The notes beneath the pieces are model-generated. The model searched no databases, had not been told where the DNA came from, and worked only from the letters and a program-made list of their open reading frames with translations. A stretch of DNA of 64,000 bases from positions 159,095-223,094 of the forward strand of contig JBOEGD010000004.1 of assembly GCA_050633245.1 (NCBI GenBank). The letters are read 5' to 3'. Every line of letters begins with the position of its first letter. The stretch's first letter is position 1. Positions 20,914 through 31,520 of this stretch are shown piece after piece. This stretch comes from Calditrichia bacterium. Its GTDB lineage: Bacteria; Calditrichota; Calditrichia; RBG-13-44-9; J075. Both the position numbers and the translations under genes were made by a program.

Positions 20914-23679
20914 CTATTTCCATCGGCTAATGCGTTTGGAAGCTCCCAACTTATTTTGCTTAAGTGATTGGGCACGTGCTCGTAGCAGGATTTGCATTCC
21001 GGCAATCGTTTTGGTGTAGTGGACACTGGCTTCGCCAACATATTCTTTCCAGCGTTTTTCAAATTTGCTTGCTTGCTGTTTGTTGCGAGCCAGCAAGGTC
21101 GGGACAGTATGATAAAATTCCCGGGTAATACCACCTGAAACCAACCTCCTTACCAGCAGATAACGCGGATCGCGAATTGGATCGAACAGTTCACTAAATG
21201 CCTCAAGAAAAATAGTCTCTTCGTAATTCGTCCCGCCCTTTAGCGAAATGTAAATCAGCCCGTTGCTCTGGTAAATGGGGAGCGTTTCGTAATTGTAATC
21301 CCTGGATAATATGTTACAATCTTTCAATGTCTTAATCAGAGCATCTGCTATTTGTTCCAGGTCTTTACGTGTCGTATCCCAGGATATCTTCTCACGTTGA
21401 AAATTCATTTTATACTTCATACCGGGATTAAACATGTGCCAGACACTGGTTGTTATGCCAAGTCCTGCAATCCATGGAAATGCTGCGGGAAACAGACTCC
21501 ACGCAAAAGGCAACGCGACTAAAGTGGTTAAAGCCGTTCGACTAAATTGGGAAACCGCTTTTACAACCAGCTTCTGAGTAGCAAATGTGGGAATTCTCTT
21601 TCCGGGGATTGCTACTTCGTCGCGCTTTCTTGGTGGTGTGGTGGTGTGTCTTGTAATCGTCTTTCCTACTTGCAGTGCCTCTTCCCAACGTTTAGCGTGG
21701 AGTGAGCGTTCCGTCGCCGCTTTAGTCATAATCTGGTTATGGCTGCGTATTTCTTCTTTAGAAAGAGCTGTTTTGGCGAGATTCATTCTCTCCAGTCCGT
21801 TCTCGATGGTAGTGTCGTTAAAACTTAAGCCCATAAATGTTTTGAATCGCGAATCGATCCGTCTGATATCCGGGCCCGGATCACCACTGGTGCTGATGGA
21901 TGCGAGATGCCAAATATTTGATGACTTGTCTCCATCGTTTGCAACGGTGCGCAGTGCACGTCCACGCATCTGATTTGATGAAACATGAGAACCCACATTG
22001 TTTGCCAGAATCAGCGTGCTTACTACGGGAGCATCCCAACCCTCGCCGAGCAGCGCTCGCGTGCCTACCAAGACGGTCACGGCCCCCATTGTGAAAAGCT
22101 CGGTGACGATGGCAACGATGTGTTGACGGTTTTGATCATTGCACTCCAATGTAAAAAAGCCGCGATCGTGCGGCAGTTGTTTCATGCGCATGTCTGCTAA
22201 GGTAATGCCATAGCGAGACCCGGCAACGACTTCAAGCTCAGATAATGCGTTTGCCGGCAGGACAACCAAAGAGCCACAGAGTATGCCTAAGCGAATTTCT
22301 GCTCGGCAATCTGTGCGAAGGGATTCAAAAATTGGCACGACGCCGAGCTTCTGAAAGTTCGACGTTTCTCCCGGTTGAGGAAATAGATCGAGCCGAATTA
22401 AGTCACACAAAATTACCAGGCGAAGATCCTGCGGACGCGTTGCCGCAGCCTCTTTTTCAACAATTTGCAAAACGCTCTGTAGTTTATTCGGATCTCGAAG
22501 CAGCACTTTGTCTAGGTTCTCGGTTGAACTAAGCTTGATCTGCTTATTCTCAATGGCTCCGATCTTGCGCAGCAGCCGGCGAATGGCAACAAGAATCTCC
22601 TGTTCTTCTTCCGTATATTCATCAAACCGTTCGTAAATGCATTCATTGAGTAGCCTTTCGAGCCAGAACTTGTCGAGAGGAGGAATGTCCGTTGCTTCTA
22701 CGTCCAGAAGGCGACATAAATAAAGTTGGGGTTCGACAAGGACTTCATTAAGAAATACCAGGAGAGCGAAGAAAAACTCAGAGTGTTTAGTAATCTCGCG
22801 AAACGCTTCGTTGCGAAGTTTCTCAGCATCTTCAGAGGTGTCGGTGAGCTTCTTAAGAAATGGCGTTTCCTGCATTAAAAGTGTGAAGGCGCCATGGTTT
22901 TTTATGTCTTCAACAAAGCTATCGACACTGCTGCGAAAGCTATCGATTGCTTGTTGGCCGCTGGCGGTTGGGGGAGAGAGGAAAATAAAGTCCTGATGCG
23001 GACATAAGCTGTATTCAAGCATCATCTCGGGAATAGATATCTCGGCATCGATTGGCCCGCATAGTTCAATATAGCGTTCCCACTCACTTCCGGAAACGTC
23101 GTAGGGCGGTGTGGCGGTGAGTGCCACGACGGTATGCTCACCAATGTGCTTGCGCAGGCGGTCCATGCTTTTCCACCATTCCTTCTGCAAATGGTGGGCT
23201 TCATCGACGATTAATGTATGGATGTTCTGCCCGCTTAACGCTTGAAGGACTGCTTCTGCACGTTCGGCCTTTTTGACGCTGTTTTTTCGATGACCAAGAA
23301 TTGCATGCAGGCTTTGATAGGTCGAAACCGTAAAAAATGCCGGTGCATCCAGTGAGGTGGAAATCCAGTTTGGGGGCGTTTGCAGCTGCAAAAACAGCTC
23401 GGTGAAGCGCTCTACCCATTGATTGCGTATCGTCAATGTGGGGGCTAGTGCCAGCGTCGGTTTACCGAGATGACGCATGATTTCAAGGCCCAGCACTGTC
23501 TTGCCGGAACCAGGTGGAGCAACAACATGCAGGCGATCGTCACTTAGATGCAGCTCAAGCTCTTCCAAAACCCGCTTCTGATACGGCCGCCAGGAGAACT
23601 TGAATGTTGCGTCTTGGAAGTAGTTCAATAGTCGGTTGCTCGCTGTATTTGCTGGTAGTAGATAGTTCGTTCGTTTCAC
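20914..23679 (-). CDS. SF2 DEAH-box (ResIII-like) helicase with C-terminal hydrophobic segments
   Basis: WRPYQ, APPGSGKT, IVDEAHH, LTATPP, LGEGWDAP, QMRGRALR. Exact start uncertain because it lies within a repeat. Confidence 0.88.
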   Translation of the reverse strand: MKRTNYLLPANTASNRLLNYFQDATFKFSWRPYQKRVLEELELHLSDDRLHVVAPPGSGKTVLGLEIMRHLGKPTLALAPTLTIRNQWVERFTELFLQLQTPPNWISTSLDAPAFFTVSTYQSLHAILGHRKNSVKKAERAEAVLQALSGQNIHTLIVDEAHHLQKEWWKSMDRLRKHIGEHTVVALTATPPYDVSGSEWERYIELCGPIDAEISIPEMMLEYSLCPHQDFIFLSPPTASGQQAIDSFRSSVDSFVEDIKNHGAFTLLMQETPFLKKLTDTSEDAEKLRNEAFREITKHSEFFFALLVFLNEVLVEPQLYLCRLLDVEATDIPPLDKFWLERLLNECIYERFDEYTEEEQEILVAIRRLLRKIGAIENKQIKLSSTENLDKVLLRDPNKLQSVLQIVEKEAAATRPQDLRLVILCDLIRLDLFPQPGETSNFQKLGVVPIFESLRTDCRAEIRLGILCGSLVVLPANALSELEVVAGSRYGITLADMRMKQLPHDRGFFTLECNDQNRQHIVAIVTELFTMGAVTVLVGTRALLGEGWDAPVVSTLILANNVGSHVSSNQMRGRALRTVANDGDKSSNIWHLASISTSGDPGPDIRRIDSRFKTFMGLSFNDTTIENGLERMNLAKTALSKEEIRSHNQIMTKAATERSLHAKRWEEALQVGKTITRHTTTPPRKRDEVAIPGKRIPTFATQKLVVKAVSQFSRTALTTLVALPFAWSLFPAAFPWIAGLGITTSVWHMFNPGMKYKMNFQREKISWDTTRKDLEQIADALIKTLKDCNILSRDYNYETLPIYQSNGLIYISLKGGTNYEETIFLEAFSELFDPIRDPRYLLVRRLVSGGITREFYHTVPTLLARNKQQASKFEKRWKEYVGEASVHYTKTIAGMQILLRARAQSLKQNKLGASKRISRWK

Positions 23680-23737
23680 TTACTGGTAGTAGATAGATGA
23701 ATCATCAATCATAATTCATAACTCATCAATTTCATCA
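23652..23737. repeat. 31-nt-period repeat plus degenerate heptamers
   Basis: CTGGTAGTAGATAG at 23652 and 23683, followed by TCATCAA TCATAAT TCATAAC TCATCAA. Confidence 0.85.
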
Positions 23738-26700
23738 GTATCCCAGTATCGGCGTCAACCAGCGTTCTGTCTGTTCAACAGTGAGTCCAAGACGCTTTGC
23801 ATAACTTTCGACCTGATCTTTACCAATTTTTCCAATACCGAAATAATGTGCCTCCGGATGAGCAAAGTAAAAACCGGATACTGCTGCAGTTGGAACCATC
23901 GCGTTACTTTCAGTAAGTGTTATTCCGGTATTCTCCGTAGCGCTTAGCAGCTTGAATAAATCGGTCTTTAGACTATGGTCAGGGCATGCCGGATAGCCTG
24001 GTGCTGGTCGAATGCCTTCATACGATTCAGCAATTAGTTCCTCGTTAGACAAATCTTCACCCTCTGCATAGCCCCAGTAGTGGCGACGCGTTCGCTCGTG
24101 CATGTATTCCGCCAGTGCCTCGGCAAGACGATCTGCCAGTGCTTTGGCTAATATTGCCTTATAATCATCATTATCTTTTTCAAACTTCTCCACGATAGCA
24201 TCCAAGCCTATGCCGGTTGTTAGCGCAAATGCACCAATGTAATCCTTCGGGCCATCCTTTGCGGGAGCAACGAAATCTGCTAAACTCATGTTGGGACGAC
24301 CCTCTTGTTTTTTCATTTGCTGGCGCAGCATTGGAAAACGTTTAATAACTTCGTTTCGCTCATCATCGGCGTAGATAACAATATCATCATTTTCCGCAGC
24401 GGCAGGAAAAATTCCGATTACCGCGTTTGCCGTCAGCAGTTTTTCTTCAATGATCTCTTCCAAAAGCTCATTGGCATCTTCGTATAGACGCGTCGCCTCT
24501 TCACCTGCTACCGGATGTTCAAGAATGCCCGGAAAGCTACCCTTCATCTCCCAGGCCTGGAAAAATGGTGTCCAGTCTATTCTATCGCGCAAGCGCTCCA
24601 ATGGGATATCGTTAATCACTTTGACGCCATCTAACTTTGGCGTTGGCCGAGGAGAGTTCCAGTCAATCTTGAAATGATTCTTTTTAGCATCAACATAAGC
24701 GGAAAGCTCTCGCGAGGCAATCTTGCGTTGATGAGCCTCCCGAACCTTATTATAGTCTTCCACCAATTCTGCTGAAAAGTTCTTTTTCTGATCGGAGCTC
24801 AATAGCTTTGAAACAACACCCACACTTCGTGAAGCGTCAAGAACGTGGACAATGGGTTCGTTGTACTCCGGAACAATTTTTACAGCAGTATGTGTTCGCG
24901 AAGTTGTTGCACCACCAATAAGTAGCGGTAGCTCAATATTTCGTCGCTTCATCTCTTTGGCTACGTGTACCATCTCGTCTAGTGAGGGAGTAATTAGTCC
25001 ACTCAGACCAATGATGTCAACTTCTTCCTCCAGTGCCTTATCCAAAATGGTTTTTGCCGGCACCATAACGCCAAGATCAACAATTTGGTAGTTGTTACAG
25101 GCCAGCACCACGCCCACGATGTTTTTTCCAATGTCGTGAACGTCACCCTTAACCGTTGCCAGCAAAATTTTTCCAGCCTTTTCGCCAATCTTGCTTTCTT
25201 CTTCCATAAACGGATTCAGGTAAGCCACAGCCTTCTTCATAACGCGAGCGCTTTTAACGACCTGCGGAAGGAACATTTTTCCCGAGCCAAACAAATCACC
25301 AACTACGTTCATGCCATCCATTAGCGGTCCTTCGATAACAAGAAGTGGTCGTCCGTATTTTTGACGTGCCTCTTCAGCATCTGCTTCAATGTGCTCGGTA
25401 ATGCCCTTCACGAGTGAATAGCGCAGACGTTCTTCAATCGATTTGCTGCGCCACTCCGCCTCGGCAACCTTCTTTTTGGGATCACTCCTTAAGTTCTCGG
25501 CGTAGGTTACCAAATCCTCAGTCGCTTCATTGCGGCGGTTAAGTAATACGTCTTCCACCTTAGTTAGCAATATGTCATTGATATCTTCATAAACTGTAAT
25601 CTGACCGGCATTGACAATGCCCATATCCATTCCGGCATGAATCGCATGATAGAGAAATGCAGAATGCATAGCTTCGCGGACGGTGTCGTTGCCGCGAAAT
25701 GCGAAGGAAATATTGCTGACGCCACCACTAACGAGAGCTCCAGGGAGTTCCTGCTTAATAAAGCGCGTTCCCTCGATGAAGTCTATTGCATAGTTGTTGT
25801 GCTCTTCAATGCCGGTTGCGACGGCAAATATATTGGGATCAAAAATGATGTCGTGTGGCGGAAAGCCAATCTCTTCGGTGAGCATTCGATAGGCGCGACT
25901 ACAAATTGTTTTACGACGTTCCAGACTGTCGGCCTGACCCTCTTCGTCAAATGCCATAACAATAACTGCTGCTCCATAGCGTCGCGCCAACTCAGCCTGT
26001 TCCCTGAAGCTGTCTTCGCCTTCCTTTAAACTCACTGAGTTAACAATACACTTTCCCTGTGCATTACGTAAGCCTACTTCGATTACCGACCATTTCGACG
26101 AGTCAATCATCAAGGGTAACTTTGCGATATCTGGCTCACTTGCAATCAGGCGTACAAACTCTTCCATCGCCGCCTCAGAATCAAGAAGCCCTTCATCCAT
26201 GTTGATATCTAATACCTGAGCCCCGTTTTCTACCTGATTTAGTGCTACCTGTAGAGCTTCCTCCATTTTTCCCTGTTGAATGAGCCGGGAAAAACGACGG
26301 GAACCGGTTACATTGCAACGCTCGCCAACGTTTATAAAATTGCTTTCAGGACGTACTGTCAAAGGCTCCATGCCACTGTATTGTGGGAGTTGAGAGATTT
26401 CAGGTAGCTGGCGTGGTTTCTTGTCAGCCATTACCGTATTGATGGCATTAGTAAATTCTGGTGTGCTGCCGCAGCAGCTTCCAACAATATTTAGAAAGCC
26501 ACTTTCAGCAAATTCTCCAATCAATTCTGCCATCTCCTCAGCGGTTTGGTCGTATTCACCAAAGGCATTCGGCAAGCCGGCATTTGGATAACAGCTGATG
26601 TAAACCGAAGAGAGTTGGGAGAGTTCTTCGATATAAGGACGCATTTCAGTTGCACCCAGAGCGCAATTAATTCCGATACTGAGCAAATCAGCATGTGCAA

Positions 26701-27412
26701 CAGACACGCAGAAGGCTTCCAATGTTTGCCCGGACAATGTGCGACCGCTGGCATCAACAATCGTTACGGACAGCATAATCGGAATAGATTTACCGGTGTC
26801 CTTCATAAACTCATCGATTGCAAAAAGTGCTGCCTTGCAGTTGAGCGTATCGAAAACTGTTTCAACTAGAAGTATGTCGACACCACCGTCGACCAGCCCA
26901 CGAACTTGCTCATAATATGCGTCGCGCAATTCTTCGAATGTAATGTTGCGAAAGGCAGGTTGATTTACATCGGGTGAAAGGGATGCGGTGCGATTGGTTG
27001 GCCCGAGTGCACCGGCAACATAGCGCGGCTTCTCGGGTGTTTTTAACGTGTACTCATCGGCGGCTTTGCGCGCCAGGCGTGCTGCAGATAGATTGATTTT
27101 ATAAACCTGATCGACAAGGTCGTAGTCAAGCATGGATATAGCATTTGCACTGAAGGTATTCGTTTCAGCTATGTCTGCTCCCGCCTCAAGATATTTTCGA
27201 TGAATGTCTAAAATAACATCAGGCCGTGTTAAGCAAAGCAAATCGTTGTTGCCTTTAAGATCTAAGGGATGATCACTAAACAGATCGCCTCGAAAATCAT
27301 CCTCTCCTAATTCATAACCCTGAATCATGGTGCCCATAGCACCGTCAAGAATTAGAATTCGCTCGCGAAGAGCCTGGTGTAGCGGGTGATCGGGGTAAAA
27401 TTTATTCTTCAT
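23735..27412 (-). CDS. metH: Cobalamin-dependent methionine synthase
   Basis: [55 protein letters not shown]; 1225 aa. Confidence 0.98.
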   Translation of the reverse strand: MKNKFYPDHPLHQALRERILILDGAMGTMIQGYELGEDDFRGDLFSDHPLDLKGNNDLLCLTRPDVILDIHRKYLEAGADIAETNTFSANAISMLDYDLVDQVYKINLSAARLARKAADEYTLKTPEKPRYVAGALGPTNRTASLSPDVNQPAFRNITFEELRDAYYEQVRGLVDGGVDILLVETVFDTLNCKAALFAIDEFMKDTGKSIPIMLSVTIVDASGRTLSGQTLEAFCVSVAHADLLSIGINCALGATEMRPYIEELSQLSSVYISCYPNAGLPNAFGEYDQTAEEMAELIGEFAESGFLNIVGSCCGSTPEFTNAINTVMADKKPRQLPEISQLPQYSGMEPLTVRPESNFINVGERCNVTGSRRFSRLIQQGKMEEALQVALNQVENGAQVLDINMDEGLLDSEAAMEEFVRLIASEPDIAKLPLMIDSSKWSVIEVGLRNAQGKCIVNSVSLKEGEDSFREQAELARRYGAAVIVMAFDEEGQADSLERRKTICSRAYRMLTEEIGFPPHDIIFDPNIFAVATGIEEHNNYAIDFIEGTRFIKQELPGALVSGGVSNISFAFRGNDTVREAMHSAFLYHAIHAGMDMGIVNAGQITVYEDINDILLTKVEDVLLNRRNEATEDLVTYAENLRSDPKKKVAEAEWRSKSIEERLRYSLVKGITEHIEADAEEARQKYGRPLLVIEGPLMDGMNVVGDLFGSGKMFLPQVVKSARVMKKAVAYLNPFMEEESKIGEKAGKILLATVKGDVHDIGKNIVGVVLACNNYQIVDLGVMVPAKTILDKALEEEVDIIGLSGLITPSLDEMVHVAKEMKRRNIELPLLIGGATTSRTHTAVKIVPEYNEPIVHVLDASRSVGVVSKLLSSDQKKNFSAELVEDYNKVREAHQRKIASRELSAYVDAKKNHFKIDWNSPRPTPKLDGVKVINDIPLERLRDRIDWTPFFQAWEMKGSFPGILEHPVAGEEATRLYEDANELLEEIIEEKLLTANAVIGIFPAAAENDDIVIYADDERNEVIKRFPMLRQQMKKQEGRPNMSLADFVAPAKDGPKDYIGAFALTTGIGLDAIVEKFEKDNDDYKAILAKALADRLAEALAEYMHERTRRHYWGYAEGEDLSNEELIAESYEGIRPAPGYPACPDHSLKTDLFKLLSATENTGITLTESNAMVPTAAVSGFYFAHPEAHYFGIGKIGKDQVESYAKRLGLTVEQTERWLTPILGY

Positions 27413-27458
27413 ATACTTGTTCTCCGTAAGAAAAATCTAGACGCTTTAAGCTTATCGA

Positions 27459-27488
27459 TTGAAACTGTCGGACAGCTCAAAATATAAT
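27459..27488 (+). promoter_or_regulatory. Putative sigma-70 promoter for the GWxTD gene
   Basis: TTGAAA-18 nt-TATAAT. Confidence 0.5.
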
Positions 27489-27567
27489 ACGATGAACCTT
27501 TCAAAAAAATAGTATTTAATCATCTCAATTTTTCGTCGATAACTCATGCAACGCTTAACAGGGAGAG

Positions 27568-28935
27568 TTGATCATGGCAAGGATGTCGATCGAGCGGATT
27601 CTTCATTTTTTGAATCCTTTATATGTACAGTTTCGCGGCCTGACAGTACGGTTGCTAATGCTGATCTTAGTAGTACCCAGCCTTATGTTTGCTGATTCGG
27701 AAACCATGTGGATTAAGAATGATCTAAATTCACGTTTACCCTCAATTTATGTTGATAGCTGGACTGGCACATCAGATGATGGCAAAAGTTATGTCTGTCT
27801 TTTTGTCGAATTATCCCCGCTGGATATGCAGTTTCTTCGTGCCAATAATAAGTTTGTAGCGAATTATGAAATTGACATCTCTATTTGGGATGAGCAAAAA
27901 CAGCGCGTCAAGAATAAGATTTTGAAAGATAGCGTGCTCGTTGACAGTTATGAAGAGGCGGCTGATTATAATTGGAATCGATTATATCGCGCTGCCTTTG
28001 AACTTCCGGATGGACGTTTTCAGGCAATGATTGAGATTGTCGATAAAAATATCGGAAAGTCCGCACTTATGCAGCAGGATATTCTGATGAATAGTGAAGC
28101 TGTTGCGGGGATTGATGCCAGCGATATCCTGATTGCTCGCAGAGATGCCTATGGATCTACTGACACGGGTAAAGAAGATTTTGGGATTTTGCCATATCCC
28201 GGGAAAATTTATGGAGTAGAGCAGGCAGAAGTTTTCTACTATTTCGAGATATATGCGCCACAGGCATCGGTTTCTGACTCAGTAACCTACAACACGTTTG
28301 CAGTAGGGCCGGATAATAAGCAAACTCTTGTAAATAGCGGCCGCGTCAGCGTAGCTGCCGGTAAGGTGCCGGTTTTGCATAATATCCGTGTTGCAGAACA
28401 TTCTCCCGGAACCTATAGGTTAACCGTTGAGGTTGATACGCCGGATGGAATTTATCAAATTGAACGTCACGAGAAGTTTACAGTCCACCAAAACCCACTT
28501 GATCTGCGTTTCAAGCCTTATGCCAGAGTGTTAAGTGAGCTTGAATATATGGCTAGCGAAGAGGAGTTGGAGAAACTGCGCTGCGTGCCGGAGGGAAGCA
28601 GACAGGCTGCCGTTTATCGTTTTTGGGCAGACCGTGATCCCACGCCGGGAACGGAGAAGAATGAACTGTATCTGGAGTATTACGAGCGGCTCTATATTGC
28701 CCAAAGACTGTATTCGGTAAACGACTCTGACAAGAATGAAATAACTGATCAGGGGAAGATATTTATCATGCTTGGGGCACCGGATGAGGTGTTGAAATAT
28801 GCGGGTAAGGTTGACACTTTTTCAGATACTCAGGTTTGGAAATACGATTCGCAGCATCTAAAGGTTGTTTTCAGAGATGAAATTGGTGGCGGAAATTATC
28901 GTCTCATTTCGCCGTACAGTTTGCTGGACAACTAG
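27568..28935 (+). CDS. GWxTD-domain protein
   Basis: FWADRDPTPGTEKNELYLEYYER...TDQGKIFIMLGAPD, C-terminal W.Y..VF.D..G.Y.L; signal-like N-terminus. Confidence 0.8.
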   Translation: MIMARMSIERILHFLNPLYVQFRGLTVRLLMLILVVPSLMFADSETMWIKNDLNSRLPSIYVDSWTGTSDDGKSYVCLFVELSPLDMQFLRANNKFVANYEIDISIWDEQKQRVKNKILKDSVLVDSYEEAADYNWNRLYRAAFELPDGRFQAMIEIVDKNIGKSALMQQDILMNSEAVAGIDASDILIARRDAYGSTDTGKEDFGILPYPGKIYGVEQAEVFYYFEIYAPQASVSDSVTYNTFAVGPDNKQTLVNSGRVSVAAGKVPVLHNIRVAEHSPGTYRLTVEVDTPDGIYQIERHEKFTVHQNPLDLRFKPYARVLSELEYMASEEELEKLRCVPEGSRQAAVYRFWADRDPTPGTEKNELYLEYYERLYIAQRLYSVNDSDKNEITDQGKIFIMLGAPDEVLKYAGKVDTFSDTQVWKYDSQHLKVVFRDEIGGGNYRLISPYSLLDN

Positions 28936-28940
28936 CTTAG

Positions 28941-29774
28941 TTATGGGATTCGGTCGAGAAGTGCTGTTGCAAAACGCGCAGCACTTTCCGGCACCCGTGT
29001 TACAAAGAGCTCAGGTTCTATGAGCTCCAATTCCATGAGATAAAACTTATCGTCTTTCATCAGGCCGTCGACGCGAGCATATAGAGGCAGGGGAGAAAGT
29101 GTGGCGAGTAGTGCGGTCGCTGCCTGCATGGCCTCGTTTGGTGGAGCATGTACCTCGGCTATTCCGCCAAAGTCGTTCTGCACCCTGAAGTCTCCGGCTT
29201 TTGGTCGCTTAAGAACAGCATGGCTGTAGATACCGTTGAAAAACATGAGTGACCACTCACCACCAGTGATTTCTGTAAAGAATGGCTGAACCAGTACCTC
29301 AACGGTGCCCGCCGCCTCTGCAAAAGCCGTCTCCGATATTGAATTGAGTAAAACCGTCTTATGAGCACTTGCAGAAACCAGCGGCTTGACAACTGCTTTT
29401 TCTGAATTGTGGCTTTGTAGAAATGCCTTTACTTTACGATATTCATGACGCATTGCTATTATTGAAGGAACAATTCTCGTGTTTAATTCAAGCAAATAAG
29501 ATTTGTTCATATTCCAAAGAATGGTTTCAGCAGAGTTGAATACCGGGATGGCAGACTCTTGAAGATTGCTCAGCCACGATTGAAATTGCGCTTCTTTTAA
29601 ATGATAATTCCAGGTTGAGCGAATAACAATGGCATCAAAGTCCCGAAAATTGGCGGCGGCATCCCAGGGAACGGCGGAACACTGAACATTAACGGGGAAC
29701 GCCTTAGCAACCAACGCATCGCTTGGAGTGAGTTCCGGACCGCCTGAGAAAGTAGCGAAAGCAATTTTTTTCAT
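28941..29774 (-). CDS. ATP-grasp ligase (RimK/glutathione-synthetase-like)
   Basis: VIRSTWNY, WNMNKSYL, VVKP, GDFRVQ..FGG, YARVD, LMELELIEP. Confidence 0.85.
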   Translation of the reverse strand: MKKIAFATFSGGPELTPSDALVAKAFPVNVQCSAVPWDAAANFRDFDAIVIRSTWNYHLKEAQFQSWLSNLQESAIPVFNSAETILWNMNKSYLLELNTRIVPSIIAMRHEYRKVKAFLQSHNSEKAVVKPLVSASAHKTVLLNSISETAFAEAAGTVEVLVQPFFTEITGGEWSLMFFNGIYSHAVLKRPKAGDFRVQNDFGGIAEVHAPPNEAMQAATALLATLSPLPLYARVDGLMKDDKFYLMELELIEPELFVTRVPESAARFATALLDRIP

Positions 29775-29892
29775 ACAATTCGATAAAATTCATCGTTAAT
29801 AATTGTTGATACATAATACAATGGTTCATCATGGAATGGAAGATATTCAATCCTGTGAAATATAGTTGAGTTATTGGTAAATAGCGAAGATT

Positions 29893-31005
29893 TTGAGGAA
29901 CAGAATTATGATCACCGCACTGTTTATGCGTTCGATTGCCTTTGGAGGGGCGATTGTTCTACTTTCCGGGTGTTTTTCATCCGGGCAAAATGCTGTTATG
30001 CATCGGGGGAATTCCGGAAATACCGGGGTGATGAAAACTTCCGCTTTGCATACTGAGGCTCAGCCGGCATGGAAGTTTCATACGGAATCCTGGGTTCGTT
30101 CTTCTCCCGCAATGAAGGCAAATACACTGGTCTTTAGCAGCCTGAACGGCATCTTGTATGCCGTTAGCGTTGACAGTGGCGATCTGAAATGGCGATACAA
30201 GGCACCAAGTCGTATCGGCTCTTCCCCGGTTATTAATGGAAATCGCGTTTATACCGGAAGCTTTGATGGCCGGCTGTATGCGCTCAATCTATTAACTGGA
30301 AAACTGGAGTGGCAGTTTAAAACCGGCGGTCGTATCTCCTCGGCACCGGCCGTGCACAATGGTTTATTATACGTTGGCAGTTTTGATGGTTTTCTCTATT
30401 GCATCGATGAAAAGGGCGAAGAGAAATGGCGTTATAAAACAGAAAATGGCATCAGTTCCTCGCCGGCTATAGACAAGGGCACCATTTATTTTGGTGGCTG
30501 GGACGGTTATCTATACGCATTGAACATGAAGGGCAAACTAAAGTGGCGTTTTGAAACAGGCAATATGATTACCTCTGCTCCGGCGATTCACAAAAAGATT
30601 GTTACCTTTGGTAATCTGGACGGAAATTTCTTTGCAGTTAATTCCAAAAACGGTGAGAAGTTGTGGGAAATGTCTACCAAGGATCAGGTTGTGTCGTCGC
30701 CCGCAGTCCACAATGAAACGGTCTTTTTTGGCAGTAAGGACGGCTTTTTTTACGCTTTAGATTTATATACCGGGTCGCTTCGTTGGCTTTACGAAGCGGG
30801 CGTAGCGATAGAGGCCTCTCCTACAATTGCCGAGAGCCTGGTGTATTTTGGCGGTGCTAACGGCAGCTTATACGCGCTCGATACAGAATTCGGTTCGGAA
30901 GTTTGGCAATATAAAACCGCAGGCCGGATTCTTTCTGCACCGCTGATTTCTAACAGCATGGTCTATTTTGCCAGCAAAGACGGTTATGTCTACGCTCTAA
31001 AATAG
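29893..31005 (+). CDS. PQQ-like beta-propeller lipoprotein (BamB/AfsK-type repeats)
   Basis: Lipobox LLSGC; eight SSPA...GS.DG.LYAL...G..W repeats. Confidence 0.85.
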   Translation: MRNRIMITALFMRSIAFGGAIVLLSGCFSSGQNAVMHRGNSGNTGVMKTSALHTEAQPAWKFHTESWVRSSPAMKANTLVFSSLNGILYAVSVDSGDLKWRYKAPSRIGSSPVINGNRVYTGSFDGRLYALNLLTGKLEWQFKTGGRISSAPAVHNGLLYVGSFDGFLYCIDEKGEEKWRYKTENGISSSPAIDKGTIYFGGWDGYLYALNMKGKLKWRFETGNMITSAPAIHKKIVTFGNLDGNFFAVNSKNGEKLWEMSTKDQVVSSPAVHNETVFFGSKDGFFYALDLYTGSLRWLYEAGVAIEASPTIAESLVYFGGANGSLYALDTEFGSEVWQYKTAGRILSAPLISNSMVYFASKDGYVYALK

Positions 31006-31520
31006 AGATGTAGAATCTGTAAAATGCTACGGTAGACCTGTGGGCTACCGTACTGCAAGAATGACTCTCCCCATCCTATGTTTTACACTATGGACGCTTT
31101 AGTTGAGAAGAGCTTGGTGCTTGAGAGCTCTTCCTGATTGATTAAACAGGTATTTCTGAGCTCTATTTTCCATCCGGAACAATTCGTCACGAGTATGGTA
31201 AATTAGTTGCAATCAGTTTATTCAATTTATATTGAATTGCAATCCAATCTTCCGTATGTTTCGTAGCTCAATAGGAAGCAGTGATGTGTCTCTCTTAAGT
31301 CTTTCTGACAGAAGACAGATTCAATAAATAAAAGATGTAAAGTCGTTAATAATCACATCTTTTCCGTATAATTCTGCGATTTTATAGCGTCCTGTAAAAT
31401 TAAGATTAACTTTTTTCAGGATTTTTATCCGGAGTTGCAATCCTTTTAAGTTCTTAATGCTTTCAGACGACACTATAAGGACGTCACACTGCCTAAATGG
31501 CAATAACTATTGACTAGAGA

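Noticed and set aside
29893-31005. bamB call
   Set aside because: The repeats are highly regular generic PQQ-like blades and the usual BamB gene context is absent.
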